64,000 nucleotides of DNA, from the NCBI GenBank assembly GCA_963833005.1, contig CAWHWK010000004.1, positions 19,173 through 83,172 on the forward strand, in the 5' to 3' direction. Positions 31,552 to 41,046 of the stretch are shown here, piece after piece (the stretch's first letter is position 1; every line of letters starts with the position of its first letter). The DNA comes from an uncultured cyanobacterium. Lineage in GTDB: Bacteria; Cyanobacteriota; Cyanobacteriia; Phormidesmidales; Phormidesmidaceae. The position numbers and the translations under genes are program-made. A model generated the notes under the pieces. The model worked only from the letters and a program-made list of their open reading frames with translations. It did not search any database and was not told the DNA's origin.

Positions 31552-32574
31552 TTACCCTTCAACGAGTGTCCAGAAATAGCCATCTGGGGCAGTGAAGGAG
31601 AAACTGCGATCGCCGAATTCATCCGTCACAATATCAGTCACATTTTTGGCGGCACTGGTGTGGATGCGATCGCGATACCCTGCTAAATCTCCCACCCGAT
31701 AGGTATACAGCGACATCCCTAGACAACCCGGTCGCGATTTCTCGTAAGCAATCGGCAAATCCAGCGCTTCTGGAAAACGAACAATATACAATCGCCCCGA
31801 TCGCGCCGCCTGCCAATCGGTTGCAGAAGAACGCGGATCGTCAAAGGCCGTCACCCAAAACCTTTCCCCAGGATTCATCTCAAAAATGTACTTGCCGCCA
31901 GTAGAGGTTTCGTAGGTGCTCTCTAAGGCGTCTTGCACCCGCAACAATCCCAAAACTTCATCATAGAACCGCAAAGTCTCCTGACTGTCATCCTGCACAA
32001 TCATGCCCATATGAGTGACCTGGCTGGCCAGTAGCGCCGAGTCCGGATTAATCTGCCCATAGTCCGGCACACTGTAGCCAAATCGCTGAAACAACACTTG
32101 CCGGGTCAAAGGCTGAGTGACGCAGAGCTCCCGCGCCCCGATCGGCGAATCGAAAAAGGGCCGTCCTTGCGGAATAGGATAAATCAATGTCCATTTTGGC
32201 GGCACGATTTTAATGGCTTCTCCCGCTTTGGCGGCGACTTCGGCATGATTCCACAGCGTCATCACATCCGCTGTGAGCGTAGTCGCCCAGCGGTTGCCTC
32301 GCACCCTCATTGACGAGAGTCCCAACCCTTCATTGACAGGCGATTCCCACGCCATCAGTCGGATTAAACCGTGGTCTGCGCTTTGGTGGGTGAGACGCAG
32401 CGATCGCACTGCACTCTCAACGCCATACAGCCGCTGAGAGCAATCCGCGCTCAACCGGCCCTCAGCCCCCACCGCATAGCCAAACTGCGCCCAGTACTGA
32501 AGTTGTGGCTCCGGGTCCGCCACCCCGATACACACTTCGTAGAGACCTTGAATCGGGTGAGCTGAAGTCGTCAT
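31552..32574 (-). CDS. Two-module VOC (glyoxalase/bleomycin-resistance/extradiol dioxygenase) superfamily protein
   Basis: Both halves contain the VOC-type beta-alpha-beta-beta-beta pattern (LYEVCIGVADPEPQLQYWAQFGY; VTHMGMIVQDDSQETLRFYDEVLGL). The assignment is at fold level only. Confidence 0.5.
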   Translation of the reverse strand: MTTSAHPIQGLYEVCIGVADPEPQLQYWAQFGYAVGAEGRLSADCSQRLYGVESAVRSLRLTHQSADHGLIRLMAWESPVNEGLGLSSMRVRGNRWATTLTADVMTLWNHAEVAAKAGEAIKIVPPKWTLIYPIPQGRPFFDSPIGARELCVTQPLTRQVLFQRFGYSVPDYGQINPDSALLASQVTHMGMIVQDDSQETLRFYDEVLGLLRVQDALESTYETSTGGKYIFEMNPGERFWVTAFDDPRSSATDWQAARSGRLYIVRFPEALDLPIAYEKSRPGCLGMSLYTYRVGDLAGYRDRIHTSAAKNVTDIVTDEFGDRSFSFTAPDGYFWTLVEG

Positions 32575-32587
32575 GGGGGCTAGCGCA

Positions 32588-33595
32588 TTAGTACCGCACC
32601 ACTACTTTGCCACAGTTCTGGCCGCTGAGGAGATAGTCTACGGCGCTGGGAATGGATTCAACGCCTTGGAATACGGTTGGATCAACGCTGACTTGTAATT
32701 GATGGCTGTAGTACAGATTGAGGAGGCGATCGCGCGCTGCCGGAACGTGTTCGGCATAGCGAGGCAGCAGAAAGCCTCGCACCGAAGCCGATTTCCAAAA
32801 GAGCTTTTCATAAATGCGCGGACGGATGACATTTTCTAGCACTTTGCCATATTCAGAAATAAAACCAACAACAACAAACCGTCCCTTTACTGCCAGGTGA
32901 TCTATCCCCGCATCAAACATCTGCTTGCCAACGCAGTCAAACACTAGGTCGATGCCATCAGGATAATCTTGACTGAGAATGTCTCGGACATTTTCTTGGC
33001 GATAGTTGATCACATGGTCGCATCCCAACCTATGCAGCAGTTTCTTCTTCGCCGCTGACCCACAGGTGCCGATCACATGATTACCCGCCTGCTTCGCCAT
33101 CTGCACGGCAATATGGCCAATCCCGCCTGCCGCTGCCGTCACCAGCACCGTCTCTTGAGTCTTCATTTCTCCCACTTGTTCCAATCCCACCAGCGCAGAA
33201 ATGCCGGTAGGCATCAGCGTCAAGATCTCAGGGGTCGCCGCCCGAATCTTGACAGCCAGATCTGAACCAATCACCTGATATTCTCGATAGCCGTGACCGC
33301 GCTGGGTCGTCGCCACCGCATCACCAGCCTGAAAGTCCGTGACGGCCGCTCCCACTGCCTCGACCGTACCCACCGCTTCGACCCCCAGATCAAAAGGCGG
33401 CGCGAGATTTACATAGGGAACTTCTCCCCGACAGAGCAGCGTATCGAACCCGGCATTGATTCCAGCAAACCGATTGCGAATCAAGAGCTGGTCGGCTTTC
33501 AGTTCGGGAAAACTCTCTTCTACAATTTCCACAGCAGCGGCAAAATCAGGGCTTAGCCGCTGGGCTACCAGCTTGCGATATCGCCGTTCAGCCAC
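32588..33595 (-). CDS. Medium-chain dehydrogenase/reductase (quinone oxidoreductase-like, NAD(P)H-dependent)
   Basis: GFNAG-type N-terminal GroES-like domain plus a Rossmann motif: VLVTAAAGGIGHIAVQMAK. No structural-zinc Cys cluster is present. Confidence 0.85.
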   Translation of the reverse strand: MAERRYRKLVAQRLSPDFAAAVEIVEESFPELKADQLLIRNRFAGINAGFDTLLCRGEVPYVNLAPPFDLGVEAVGTVEAVGAAVTDFQAGDAVATTQRGHGYREYQVIGSDLAVKIRAATPEILTLMPTGISALVGLEQVGEMKTQETVLVTAAAGGIGHIAVQMAKQAGNHVIGTCGSAAKKKLLHRLGCDHVINYRQENVRDILSQDYPDGIDLVFDCVGKQMFDAGIDHLAVKGRFVVVGFISEYGKVLENVIRPRIYEKLFWKSASVRGFLLPRYAEHVPAARDRLLNLYYSHQLQVSVDPTVFQGVESIPSAVDYLLSGQNCGKVVVRY

Positions 33596-33598
33596 AGG

Positions 33599-34051
33599 CT
33601 ATTCTCCTAACTGGAAAATGACACCTAGATACTCTCGATAGCCGCAGACCTTATCACCGCAAATATCAAAAGAGATCGCGGCCTGATTGTCGTAGGGATG
33701 ACCTAGCATTAAGCCTTGCGATCGCACTTCAAACAGCACCGTACTTTCCTGACTCATAACGCGCTCTACCGTCAAGCTCAACCCTTTTGGAAAAACTTTA
33801 GACACCATTGCAAAAAAATCTCTAGCGCGATCTTTGCCGGTATTTTGTCCTTTAAAGGGCCCCGCCGGAAACCAAAAGGTAAAGTCTTCACTTAGATGGT
33901 TTAAAAAAGGTGTCCAGTTACCGCTAGCTAGCCCTTCAGAAAAGTCCTGAAAAGCCGCCTGGGCAATTTTCATCGCTGGAGAGTTAGCAGAAGAGTTGGC
34001 AGGAGAACTGGCAGAAGAGTCGGTAACAGTTGTCATAGCGTTTGCGCTCAC
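33599..34051 (-). CDS. SnoaL/NTF2-like superfamily protein
   Basis: About 150 aa with an N-terminal Ser/Ala-rich tail. AAFQDFSEGLASGNWTPFLNHLSEDFTFWFP... is typical of SnoaL-like cones. It sits 3 nt from the MDR gene. Confidence 0.5.
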   Translation of the reverse strand: MSANAMTTVTDSSASSPANSSANSPAMKIAQAAFQDFSEGLASGNWTPFLNHLSEDFTFWFPAGPFKGQNTGKDRARDFFAMVSKVFPKGLSLTVERVMSQESTVLFEVRSQGLMLGHPYDNQAAISFDICGDKVCGYREYLGVIFQLGE

Positions 34052-34338
34052 CTGTGCATCTTTGAGGCTACCGCTATTATATGGCCCCTTAGCTGTACAG
34101 GCTTATTCCCAAATGGAGTTACCCGACGGCCCCTCAAGTTCAAATACATTTGTAGCGGTAGCCTTAGTCATAGCAGGTATCCACTCTTGTAAAATCCGTG
34201 AAACGAAACAATTTCGCAGACTGTCGATTTGCCGTTGTTTTTCCTACAGCACACTTGCCCAGAGCCACTTGCCCAGAGCCACTTGCCCAGGGCTAGTCCA
34301 GAGCCAGCTTGCCTAAATCTTACCTACCCTGACAAACG

Positions 34339-34722
34339 ATGACAGATTTCCTCTACGAATTCAAACGTCGTGAACCCGTCTTTCAACATCCTGAATTTGG
34401 CATCACCCAGCAAGATTTTGAACAGCTAACCGACAAAAATTTCTATGGCATCGACAGCTATGGTCGCCGCTACAGCCGCAAGCAGGCCCTCACCACTGCC
34501 CTAGCCATGTACGAAGACCCAGACTACCGAGGCATTTATTCCTGGCCCACAGGCACTTGGGAAATGGAAAAGTTTGAATGGCATGCGATCGCACCTAACA
34601 AATACATCGTCACCTACATCTTGCGCACCCGTAATCAAACCACTCGGCGCACCTCTATTTGGCGAGTAGCCATCAGCGGTTGGACCATTATGTTTCACCA
34701 GGCCACGCCCATACAGCCGTAA
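34339..34722 (+). CDS. Small NTF2-like (DUF4440-type) protein
   Basis: Size (127 aa) and the C-terminal pattern (YIVTYILRTRNQTTRRTSIWRVAISGWTIMFHQAT) resemble DUF4440/SnoaL-like proteins. This is a weak call. Confidence 0.4.
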   Translation: MTDFLYEFKRREPVFQHPEFGITQQDFEQLTDKNFYGIDSYGRRYSRKQALTTALAMYEDPDYRGIYSWPTGTWEMEKFEWHAIAPNKYIVTYILRTRNQTTRRTSIWRVAISGWTIMFHQATPIQP

Positions 34723-34785
34723 AATAAAAGCTGCCGATCAGGCCCACCGATCAAGAAGCCTGCTGATTACCCCTATCGCCCGAAC

Positions 34786-35433
34786 ATGAGCTTTGACCAT
34801 CCGCCCCGAATTCTATTTTTATACGGCTCTCTGCGCGAAAGATCCTACAGTCGCCTGCTCGCCGAAGAAGCCGCCCGCATTATCAAAAGCTACGGCGCAG
34901 AGGTGAAATTTTTTGACCCTAGAGGCTTACCGCTACACAACGCCGAGCCCGACACCCACCCCAAAGTGCAAGAGCTGCGCCAGCTTTCGCTTTGGTCCGA
35001 AGGGCAAGTCTGGTCTAGCCCCGAGCTACACGGCAACATCTCTGGCCTGATGAAAACTCAAATCGACTGGATTCCGCTCACCCTCGGCGCGGTTCGTCCT
35101 ACCCAGGGCAGAACCCTGGCCGTCATGCAGGTCTCCGGCGGCTCTCAGTCTTTCAATGCCGTCAACACCCTGCGAATTCTGGGCCGATGGATGCGCATGT
35201 TCACCATTCCCAATCAGTCTTCGGTCGCCAAAGCCTATCAAGAATTTAACGAAGACGGCACTATGAAAGACTCAGCCTATCGCGATCGCGTCATCGACGT
35301 TATGGAAGAACTCTATCGCTTCACCCTGCTCCTGCGCGAGCACGTAGATGATCTCACCGATCGCCACAGCGAACGCAAAGCCGCCGCCGCGAAAAAAGTC
35401 GAAGAAGCCGCGAAAAAAGCAACAGAGTCATAG
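34786..35433 (+). CDS. arsH: ArsH, NADPH-dependent FMN reductase
   Basis: [26 protein letters not shown]...[41 protein letters not shown]...[44 protein letters not shown]. This is near-canonical ArsH sequence. Confidence 0.9.
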   Translation: MSFDHPPRILFLYGSLRERSYSRLLAEEAARIIKSYGAEVKFFDPRGLPLHNAEPDTHPKVQELRQLSLWSEGQVWSSPELHGNISGLMKTQIDWIPLTLGAVRPTQGRTLAVMQVSGGSQSFNAVNTLRILGRWMRMFTIPNQSSVAKAYQEFNEDGTMKDSAYRDRVIDVMEELYRFTLLLREHVDDLTDRHSERKAAAAKKVEEAAKKATES

Positions 35434-35458
35434 AAGTGCAGTCAAAGGCTTAACCATA

Positions 35459-37573
35459 ATGAGCGCCCATTCTTTTTCTACAGAACCTTTTCTGCCCGTC
35501 ACCATCAGCTTTGGCCGCGATATCTGTGGCGATCCAGTACAATCTACCCAGCGCGAATGGCTGATAACCAATGGTATCGGCGGCTATGGCTGTGGCACAA
35601 TCTCTGGCATCCTCACTCGCTGCTACCACGGTTTTTTGGTCGCTGCGCTAAAGCCGCCTTTAGAACGCACGCTGCTGCTGACCAAGCTTGACGAAACGGT
35701 TCACTACCTGGGCAAGCCCTATCCGCTAAGCTGCGATCGCTGGTCTGGCGGCACCACCACTGGCCACGGCTATCGCAACCTGCAAAGCTTTCACCTAGAA
35801 GGCACCACCCCCACCTGGACCTACACCTGCGCCGACGCTATCCTACAAAAGCGCATCTGGATGCAGCCCGCCCGCCACGAAAAAAACAACACCACATACA
35901 TCCAATACCAGCTCCACCACGCCAGCGCCCCCTTCACCCTCAGCACCAAAGCCCTCGTCAACCATCGCAACCACCACCACACCACCCACAGCCAGCACGG
36001 CCTCAAATCTTGGCGCATCAACACCCGCTCTCACCCCAGAGGACTGAAGATAGACGCCGCAGGCTGCCCCACCCCCTTTTATCTTTTCAGCACCAAAGGC
36101 CAGCTCTTGCCAAACGATAAATGGTATCAGCACTACTTTCTCACCCAAGAAAAATATCGCGGGCTCACCCATCTAGACGATCACTTTCACTGCGCCACCC
36201 TTCGCACTCAGCTCTCCCCCGGCGAAACCATCACCATCGTCTGTAGCACACAGCCCTTTCCCAACCTAGACGAAACAACAGCCTTTGCCGATAGACAGCA
36301 ATATGAACAGACGCTTCTAGATAAAGCTGTTTCAGATTCTTCGCGCCCAACGCCTAACGCTCAGCTCATCCTCGCCGCCGACCAGTTCATCGTTACCCGC
36401 ACTACAACAAACCTTGGCACCCACAAAAAAGATCAAGATCAACAAATAGATCTACAGATAAGTAAGCAAATAGAAACAATAACAACAACAACAACAGGAA
36501 AAACCATCATTGCCGGATACCCTTGGTTTGGCGACTGGGGCCGCGACACCATGATTGCCCTTCCCGGCCTTACTCTTGCCACCCGCCGCCCAGAAATTGC
36601 TCGCCCCATTCTGCTCACCTTCGCCCAGCACCTCAGCCAGGGAATGCTGCCAAACGCCTTTCCTGAAGCAGGGGACACTCCTGGCTACAACACCGTAGAC
36701 GCCATTCTTTGGTACTTTGAAGCTATTCGTGCCTACGTCACCGCCACCGACGACACTGATCTGCTCGAAGAACTTTTCCCTGCCCTAGAAGAGGTGATCG
36801 ACTGGCACCTGCGCGGCACTCGCTACAATATCCAGCTCGATCAAACAGACGGTTTGCTCTACGCTGGCACTGAGGGCGAACAGCTCACTTGGATGGATGC
36901 CAAAGTAGATGACTGGGTCGTAACCCCGCGCCTCGGCAAGCCGGTTGAAATTAATGCGCTGTGGCACAATGCGCTGCTGTGTATGGCTGAGTTTTGCGAT
37001 CGCACCCACCGCTCACCCGCCGACTACCATGCGCTTGCTCAGTTTGCCGCCACCAGCTTTCCCAAATTCTGGCAGCCCAAACTCGGCTATTGCCACGACG
37101 TCATCGACGGGCCAGCCGGTCACGATAGTACGCTCAGGCCCAACCAGCTCTTGGCCATTTCACTCACCTACGCCCCGCCTTTACCCACTCAGCAGCAGCG
37201 CTCAATCGTAGATATCTGCGCCCAGCAGCTGCTGACTTCTCACGGACTGCGATCGCTCGATCCCAATCACCCAGACTATATCGGGGTTTATGGCGGCGAT
37301 CGCACTAAGCGCGACGGTAGCTATCACCAGGGCACCACTTGGTGCTGGCTCATTGGCCCCTTTGTAGAAGCGCATCTGAAGGTCTACAAAAACCCAGCGA
37401 TCGCCCGGCGGTTTCTCGCGCCGCTGATTCAGCATCTAGGCTCGGGCTGTGTTGGCACTATCAGCGAAATTTTTGATGGCGATCCGCCCTTTACCCCACG
37501 CGGAGCCTTTGCCCAGGCTTGGTCAGTCGCAGAAGTGCTCAGAGTTGCGGCGCTAATAGAAAATTTTTCATAG
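35459..37573 (+). CDS. Glycogen debranching enzyme family protein (bacterial GDE_N + amylo-alpha-1,6-glucosidase GDE_C)
   Basis: The start was moved to ATG 35459, because the track start at 35348 overlaps arsH. Motifs: EWLITNGIGGYG.GTISG..TR.YHG; GYPWFGDWGRDTMIALPGL; EINALWHNAL; YHQGTTWCWLIGPF; AQAWSVAEVLR. Confidence 0.85.
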   Translation: MSAHSFSTEPFLPVTISFGRDICGDPVQSTQREWLITNGIGGYGCGTISGILTRCYHGFLVAALKPPLERTLLLTKLDETVHYLGKPYPLSCDRWSGGTTTGHGYRNLQSFHLEGTTPTWTYTCADAILQKRIWMQPARHEKNNTTYIQYQLHHASAPFTLSTKALVNHRNHHHTTHSQHGLKSWRINTRSHPRGLKIDAAGCPTPFYLFSTKGQLLPNDKWYQHYFLTQEKYRGLTHLDDHFHCATLRTQLSPGETITIVCSTQPFPNLDETTAFADRQQYEQTLLDKAVSDSSRPTPNAQLILAADQFIVTRTTTNLGTHKKDQDQQIDLQISKQIETITTTTTGKTIIAGYPWFGDWGRDTMIALPGLTLATRRPEIARPILLTFAQHLSQGMLPNAFPEAGDTPGYNTVDAILWYFEAIRAYVTATDDTDLLEELFPALEEVIDWHLRGTRYNIQLDQTDGLLYAGTEGEQLTWMDAKVDDWVVTPRLGKPVEINALWHNALLCMAEFCDRTHRSPADYHALAQFAATSFPKFWQPKLGYCHDVIDGPAGHDSTLRPNQLLAISLTYAPPLPTQQQRSIVDICAQQLLTSHGLRSLDPNHPDYIGVYGGDRTKRDGSYHQGTTWCWLIGPFVEAHLKVYKNPAIARRFLAPLIQHLGSGCVGTISEIFDGDPPFTPRGAFAQAWSVAEVLRVAALIENFS

Positions 37574-37627
37574 GGCAGTGTTACCCAGCTAGCCGGTCGG
37601 TTCAGCCGAATAAATCGACTTACCGAT

Positions 37628-38749
37628 TCAGCTCACCGATTTGACTAGCGGTGCAGACAGGCTCGCACACTCTCCTTCTACGAAAAGACGCGATCGCCCC
37701 TGACGAATGCGCACCCGCACCCGCTCCCCAATGGCCAGCCGCTGACTCGCCAGCGTTCTAACTCGCAGTATTTTTTCAGAGGGCGTTCGTAGCTTGTACT
37801 GATACTCACGCCCCAAAAACTGACGGCCAATCACTTCTAGCGCACCCGAGGGATCCGACTTAATCTGCAAGTCCTCCTGGCAAATCATCAGCTCACCGCG
37901 CTCTACTTCTGGCGCAGCCGACAGATCAAACACCGGCCCTAGCTCTGTTTCCCACTGGTTTTCCCACTGGCTGTCTCGCCGCACCGCCGCCACAAAATTA
38001 GCCTGCGTCACAAACTCAGCCACAAACCGACTCGCGGGCTGCTGATAAATAGTCTCCGGCGTGTCTAGCTGCACCAGTCGCCCGTTTTGCATCACCGCGA
38101 CTTTATCTGCGATCGCCAGCGCCTCTTCCTGATCATGCGTCACAAAAATTCCCGACGCCCCAATTCCCTTCAAAATATCGCGCACCTCTTGGCGCAAATA
38201 CAGCCGCACCTGCACATCCAAATTACTAAACGGCTCGTCTAGCACAATCAGCGGCGGTCTTGGCGCAAGTGCCCGTGCCAGCGCCACCCGCTGCTGCTGC
38301 CCGCCCGACAGCTCATGCGAATACCGTTTTTCCATGCCCGAAAGGCCCACCAGATTAATCGCTTCTAGCGCCAGCGACCGAATCTGTGGCTTTGGCAATT
38401 GCCCGCGCCGCGCCAGCTGCTTTAGCCCAAACGACACATTCTCCACCACGTTCAGATGTGGAAACAGCGCATAGTCCTGAAACACGACCCCAACGTGACG
38501 ACGCTCTGGCGGCACCCACTGGCTGCCCCCGCACACGCTCTGTCTAGACAGAACGATTTCGCCGACTTCAGGCTGTTCAAATCCTGCCACCAGCCGTAGC
38601 AACGTCGTCTTCCCGCAGCCAGAAGGTCCCAGCAACCCCAGCAGCTCGCCTGCCTGCAAAGAAAAGCTCACCTGATCGACCGCAGGTGCCGCCGTCCCAA
38701 ACTGCTTAGTGACCTGCTTACAGAAAAGGACAGATTCAGAACTCAACAT
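37628..38749 (-). CDS. futC: Fe(3+)-type ABC transporter ATP-binding protein (FutC/FbpC-like)
   Basis: Walker A GPSGCGKTT, signature LSGGQQQRVALARAL, Walker B LIVLDEPFSNLD, and a C-terminal TOBE-like domain. The context (with futA) supports an iron assignment. Confidence 0.8.
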   Translation of the reverse strand: MLSSESVLFCKQVTKQFGTAAPAVDQVSFSLQAGELLGLLGPSGCGKTTLLRLVAGFEQPEVGEIVLSRQSVCGGSQWVPPERRHVGVVFQDYALFPHLNVVENVSFGLKQLARRGQLPKPQIRSLALEAINLVGLSGMEKRYSHELSGGQQQRVALARALAPRPPLIVLDEPFSNLDVQVRLYLRQEVRDILKGIGASGIFVTHDQEEALAIADKVAVMQNGRLVQLDTPETIYQQPASRFVAEFVTQANFVAAVRRDSQWENQWETELGPVFDLSAAPEVERGELMICQEDLQIKSDPSGALEVIGRQFLGREYQYKLRTPSEKILRVRTLASQRLAIGERVRVRIRQGRSRLFVEGECASLSAPLVKSVS

Positions 38750-38855
38750 AAAAAGTACGTGCCTATTTATTGCACATTAGTTTCAATAGTCTCTTCCTTA
38801 CTATACGCCATCCCACCCTAGATTCATTCCCAATAAGCCTCTAGCTTCTTACCCG

Positions 38856-38911
38856 CACCCCTCATCCGGCACCTCTCATCCGGTATCCCTCGTCCGCTAT
38901 CCTCCTCTACT
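38856..38911. repeat. 14-bp tandem repeat x4 abutting the piuC-like stop codon
   Basis: CACCCCTCATCCGG CACCTCTCATCCGG TATCCCTCGTCCGC TATCCTCCTCTACT. The stop codon (TTA on plus) is at 38911-38913. Confidence 0.8.
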
Positions 38912-39564
38912 TACTCCACCCACTGCCGTAGCAAATTACTCAGGCTCTTTGTGATCAAATCAAACTCATCTGTTTTTCCGTACTTGTTAAACAGCGATCG
39001 CCTGGCCGTGTCCAGCTCAAACAAAATTTCCCGCTGATCGCCCTGCCTGATCTGGCTTTGCACCCAGCCAATCGCCGCCCAGCGCACCCCCGCCGTTACG
39101 GGCTCTACCCGATGCAAGCTCGTCGCCGGATACACCAGCATCGATCCGGCAGATAGCTTGTAGGGCTGCTCACTATCGAGGCTTTCCACCACTAGCTCGC
39201 CCCCCTCGTAGCTGTCTGGATCGCTCAAAAACAGCGTAAAAGACAGATCGGTTCGGCCCCCGTTCATTAGCGCGTTGTCCGTATGGCGACCGTAGGCCAT
39301 ACCGTCGCTATAGCGGTTAAAGCGGATCATTTGAATTTGCCGGGGCCGAGCGGCGGACTGAAATAGTGGGTGCTTGAGGATGGTTTGCTGAATTTTAGCG
39401 GCCAGCGGCTTGGCAGATTGGGCCGCTAGCTGCTGATTTTGCTTGACGGTTTTGGCATGCCAGCCCGCTGTAGATTTGCCGTCTACTAGCGGGATAGCGT
39501 GCAGGCGATCGCGCAGCTCCGTCACCGCTTCGGCGCAGAGTAAATCAGGAATTGTAAATAGCAT
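38911..39564 (-). CDS. PiuC/YbiX-type Fe(II)/2-oxoglutarate-dependent (PKHD-type) hydroxylase
   Basis: MLFTIPDLLCAEAVTELRDRL...VDGKSTAGWHAKTVKQNQQL...YGRHTDNAL...DLSFTLFLSDPDSYEGGELVV...GSMLVYPATSLHRVEPVT.G.R. This is typical of the family. Confidence 0.8.
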   Translation of the reverse strand: MLFTIPDLLCAEAVTELRDRLHAIPLVDGKSTAGWHAKTVKQNQQLAAQSAKPLAAKIQQTILKHPLFQSAARPRQIQMIRFNRYSDGMAYGRHTDNALMNGGRTDLSFTLFLSDPDSYEGGELVVESLDSEQPYKLSAGSMLVYPATSLHRVEPVTAGVRWAAIGWVQSQIRQGDQREILFELDTARRSLFNKYGKTDEFDLITKSLSNLLRQWVE

Positions 39565-39617
39565 GGAAACTGTTTTGTGTTTCAGTAGGCGTGGCTTCGG
39601 CTCCGCTCAGCCATCTG

Positions 39618-39662
39618 GCTAGGGGCGAAAGTGCTAGGGGGCAAGGTGCTAGGGGACGAGGT
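39618..39662. repeat. 15-bp tandem repeat x3 abutting the futA stop codon
   Basis: GCTAGGGGCGAAAGT GCTAGGGGGCAAGGT GCTAGGGGACGAGGT. The stop codon (TCA on plus) is at 39662-39664. Confidence 0.85.
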
Positions 39663-40699
39663 CACTCCCACCCGGCTCTATCGACAATCTCGTTTACCTG
39701 CGCATTGTTGCGTCCATAAGAAGTTACGTTCACCGCATCAACTTTGAACTCGCCTAGCTCTGCCACAATCGGATCTAGGGCTACGCCTGCGACCACTGGA
39801 TACTCGTTATTGCCCTCGGCAAATACTTCCTGCGCTTCTGTGCTTACCAAAAACTCCATAAACTTAATGCCGTTTTCGGGGTGGGGTGCACCTGCAACCA
39901 AGCCCATACCGCTGATGTTGACGTGCGTGCCGCGATCGCCCTGATTCGGGAAAAAGATCGCCGTCTTCTCCACCGCCTCCTGATCGCTCGGATCGTCTGA
40001 TTTTGCCAGTCGCGCCCAGTAGTAATGGTTCACAATCGCCACATCGCACTGGCCAGCCGCGACTGCTTTAATCTGGTCAATATCGCCCCCTTCCGGTACG
40101 CGCGCGAAGTTAGCCACCAGTCCCTTCGCCCAGGCTTCGGTTGCCTCGGGTCCAATGGTTTCCACCATCGAGCCCACCAGAGACTGGTTATACACATTCC
40201 CAGAGCTGCGCACGCACACTCGGCCCTTCCACTTCGGATCGGCCAAATCTTCGTAGGTCGATAGCTCTGCTGGCTGCACCGCCTCTTTGTTATACACCAG
40301 CAGCCGTGCCCGGCTAGTCAAGCCAAACCACAGCCCGCTGGGCTCTCGCAGGTTTTCTGGCACCGCGCCCGTCAAGACCTCAGAGGTCACCGGCTGAAAA
40401 ATCCCCGCCTCCTGCGCTCGCCACAGCCTGCCTGCATCCACGGCAACAAACACATCCGCCGGACTCTGGTCGCCCTCACTCTTAATCCGCTCAATCAGCT
40501 CATCCGGCTGACCTTCTAGCACATTTACCCGAACGCCAGTCTCTTCCGAAAACCGCTCGTATAGCCCCACATCAATGTCGTAATGACGCGCTGAGTAGAG
40601 GTTAACAACCGATTCGTCCTCACCGCTGTCTTGACACGCACTCACGCCAATCGCCACACACAGGGCCAGCACCCACAGCCGACGTCTTGTAATTTTCAT
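39662..40699 (-). CDS. futA: Fe(3+) ABC transporter substrate-binding protein (FutA/IdiA family), Tat-type lipoprotein leader
   Basis: The start was moved to ATG 40699 (MKITRRRLWVLALCVAIGVSAC). The body reads VNLYSARHYD.D..LY..F...TG..VNV...G..DEL..R...EG...PADV; NHYYWARL. The track start at 40783 would place the Fur-box-like site inside the CDS. Confidence 0.85.
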   Translation of the reverse strand: MKITRRRLWVLALCVAIGVSACQDSGEDESVVNLYSARHYDIDVGLYERFSEETGVRVNVLEGQPDELIERIKSEGDQSPADVFVAVDAGRLWRAQEAGIFQPVTSEVLTGAVPENLREPSGLWFGLTSRARLLVYNKEAVQPAELSTYEDLADPKWKGRVCVRSSGNVYNQSLVGSMVETIGPEATEAWAKGLVANFARVPEGGDIDQIKAVAAGQCDVAIVNHYYWARLAKSDDPSDQEAVEKTAIFFPNQGDRGTHVNISGMGLVAGAPHPENGIKFMEFLVSTEAQEVFAEGNNEYPVVAGVALDPIVAELGEFKVDAVNVTSYGRNNAQVNEIVDRAGWE

Positions 40700-40728
40700 A
40701 GCCAATTCTGATTTTTGAACTCTTTGTT

Positions 40729-40747
40729 GATAATAATTACTATTAAA
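40729..40747. promoter_or_regulatory. Fur-box-like sequence upstream of futA
   Basis: GATAATAATTACTATTAAA matches GATAATGATAATCATTATC at 13 of 19 positions. It lies 30-48 nt upstream of ATG 40699. Confidence 0.4.
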
Positions 40748-41046
40748 GAGCGGTAGCGGCGAAGATGCAACCCCAAAAAACAAATACCCAAGGTGCCTCC
40801 TTTATTCGGAATAATTTTCGCTTGTGTCCTTATGTCTTAAAACAATTAGGCTCAGTGCTTTTACTGACACTGCTGCTGGACTTTTGCCGAGTTTTTGCTA
40901 GCCGAATCAGGCGATTTTGATCGGGCGAAAGAGGTTAGCACTTCTGTCTCAAAAAGGCACGAAAAATTTGAGATCGTTATCAAGCAGGCAAAATCCATCT
41001 AGCCATTTGCTATAGAATGATTTGGATTTGTTGTGGTTGGTGCCCT

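Noticed and set aside
35348-35458. N-terminal extensions proposed by the ORF track. They affect the debranching enzyme (35348), the ATP-grasp gene (15136), futA (40783), carB (41017), the response regulator (23364) and the lipoprotein (50844).
   Set aside because: The extensions overlap upstream genes or repeat/regulatory sequence and lack homology-like N-terminal patterns. Internal ATG codons give canonical family N-termini.
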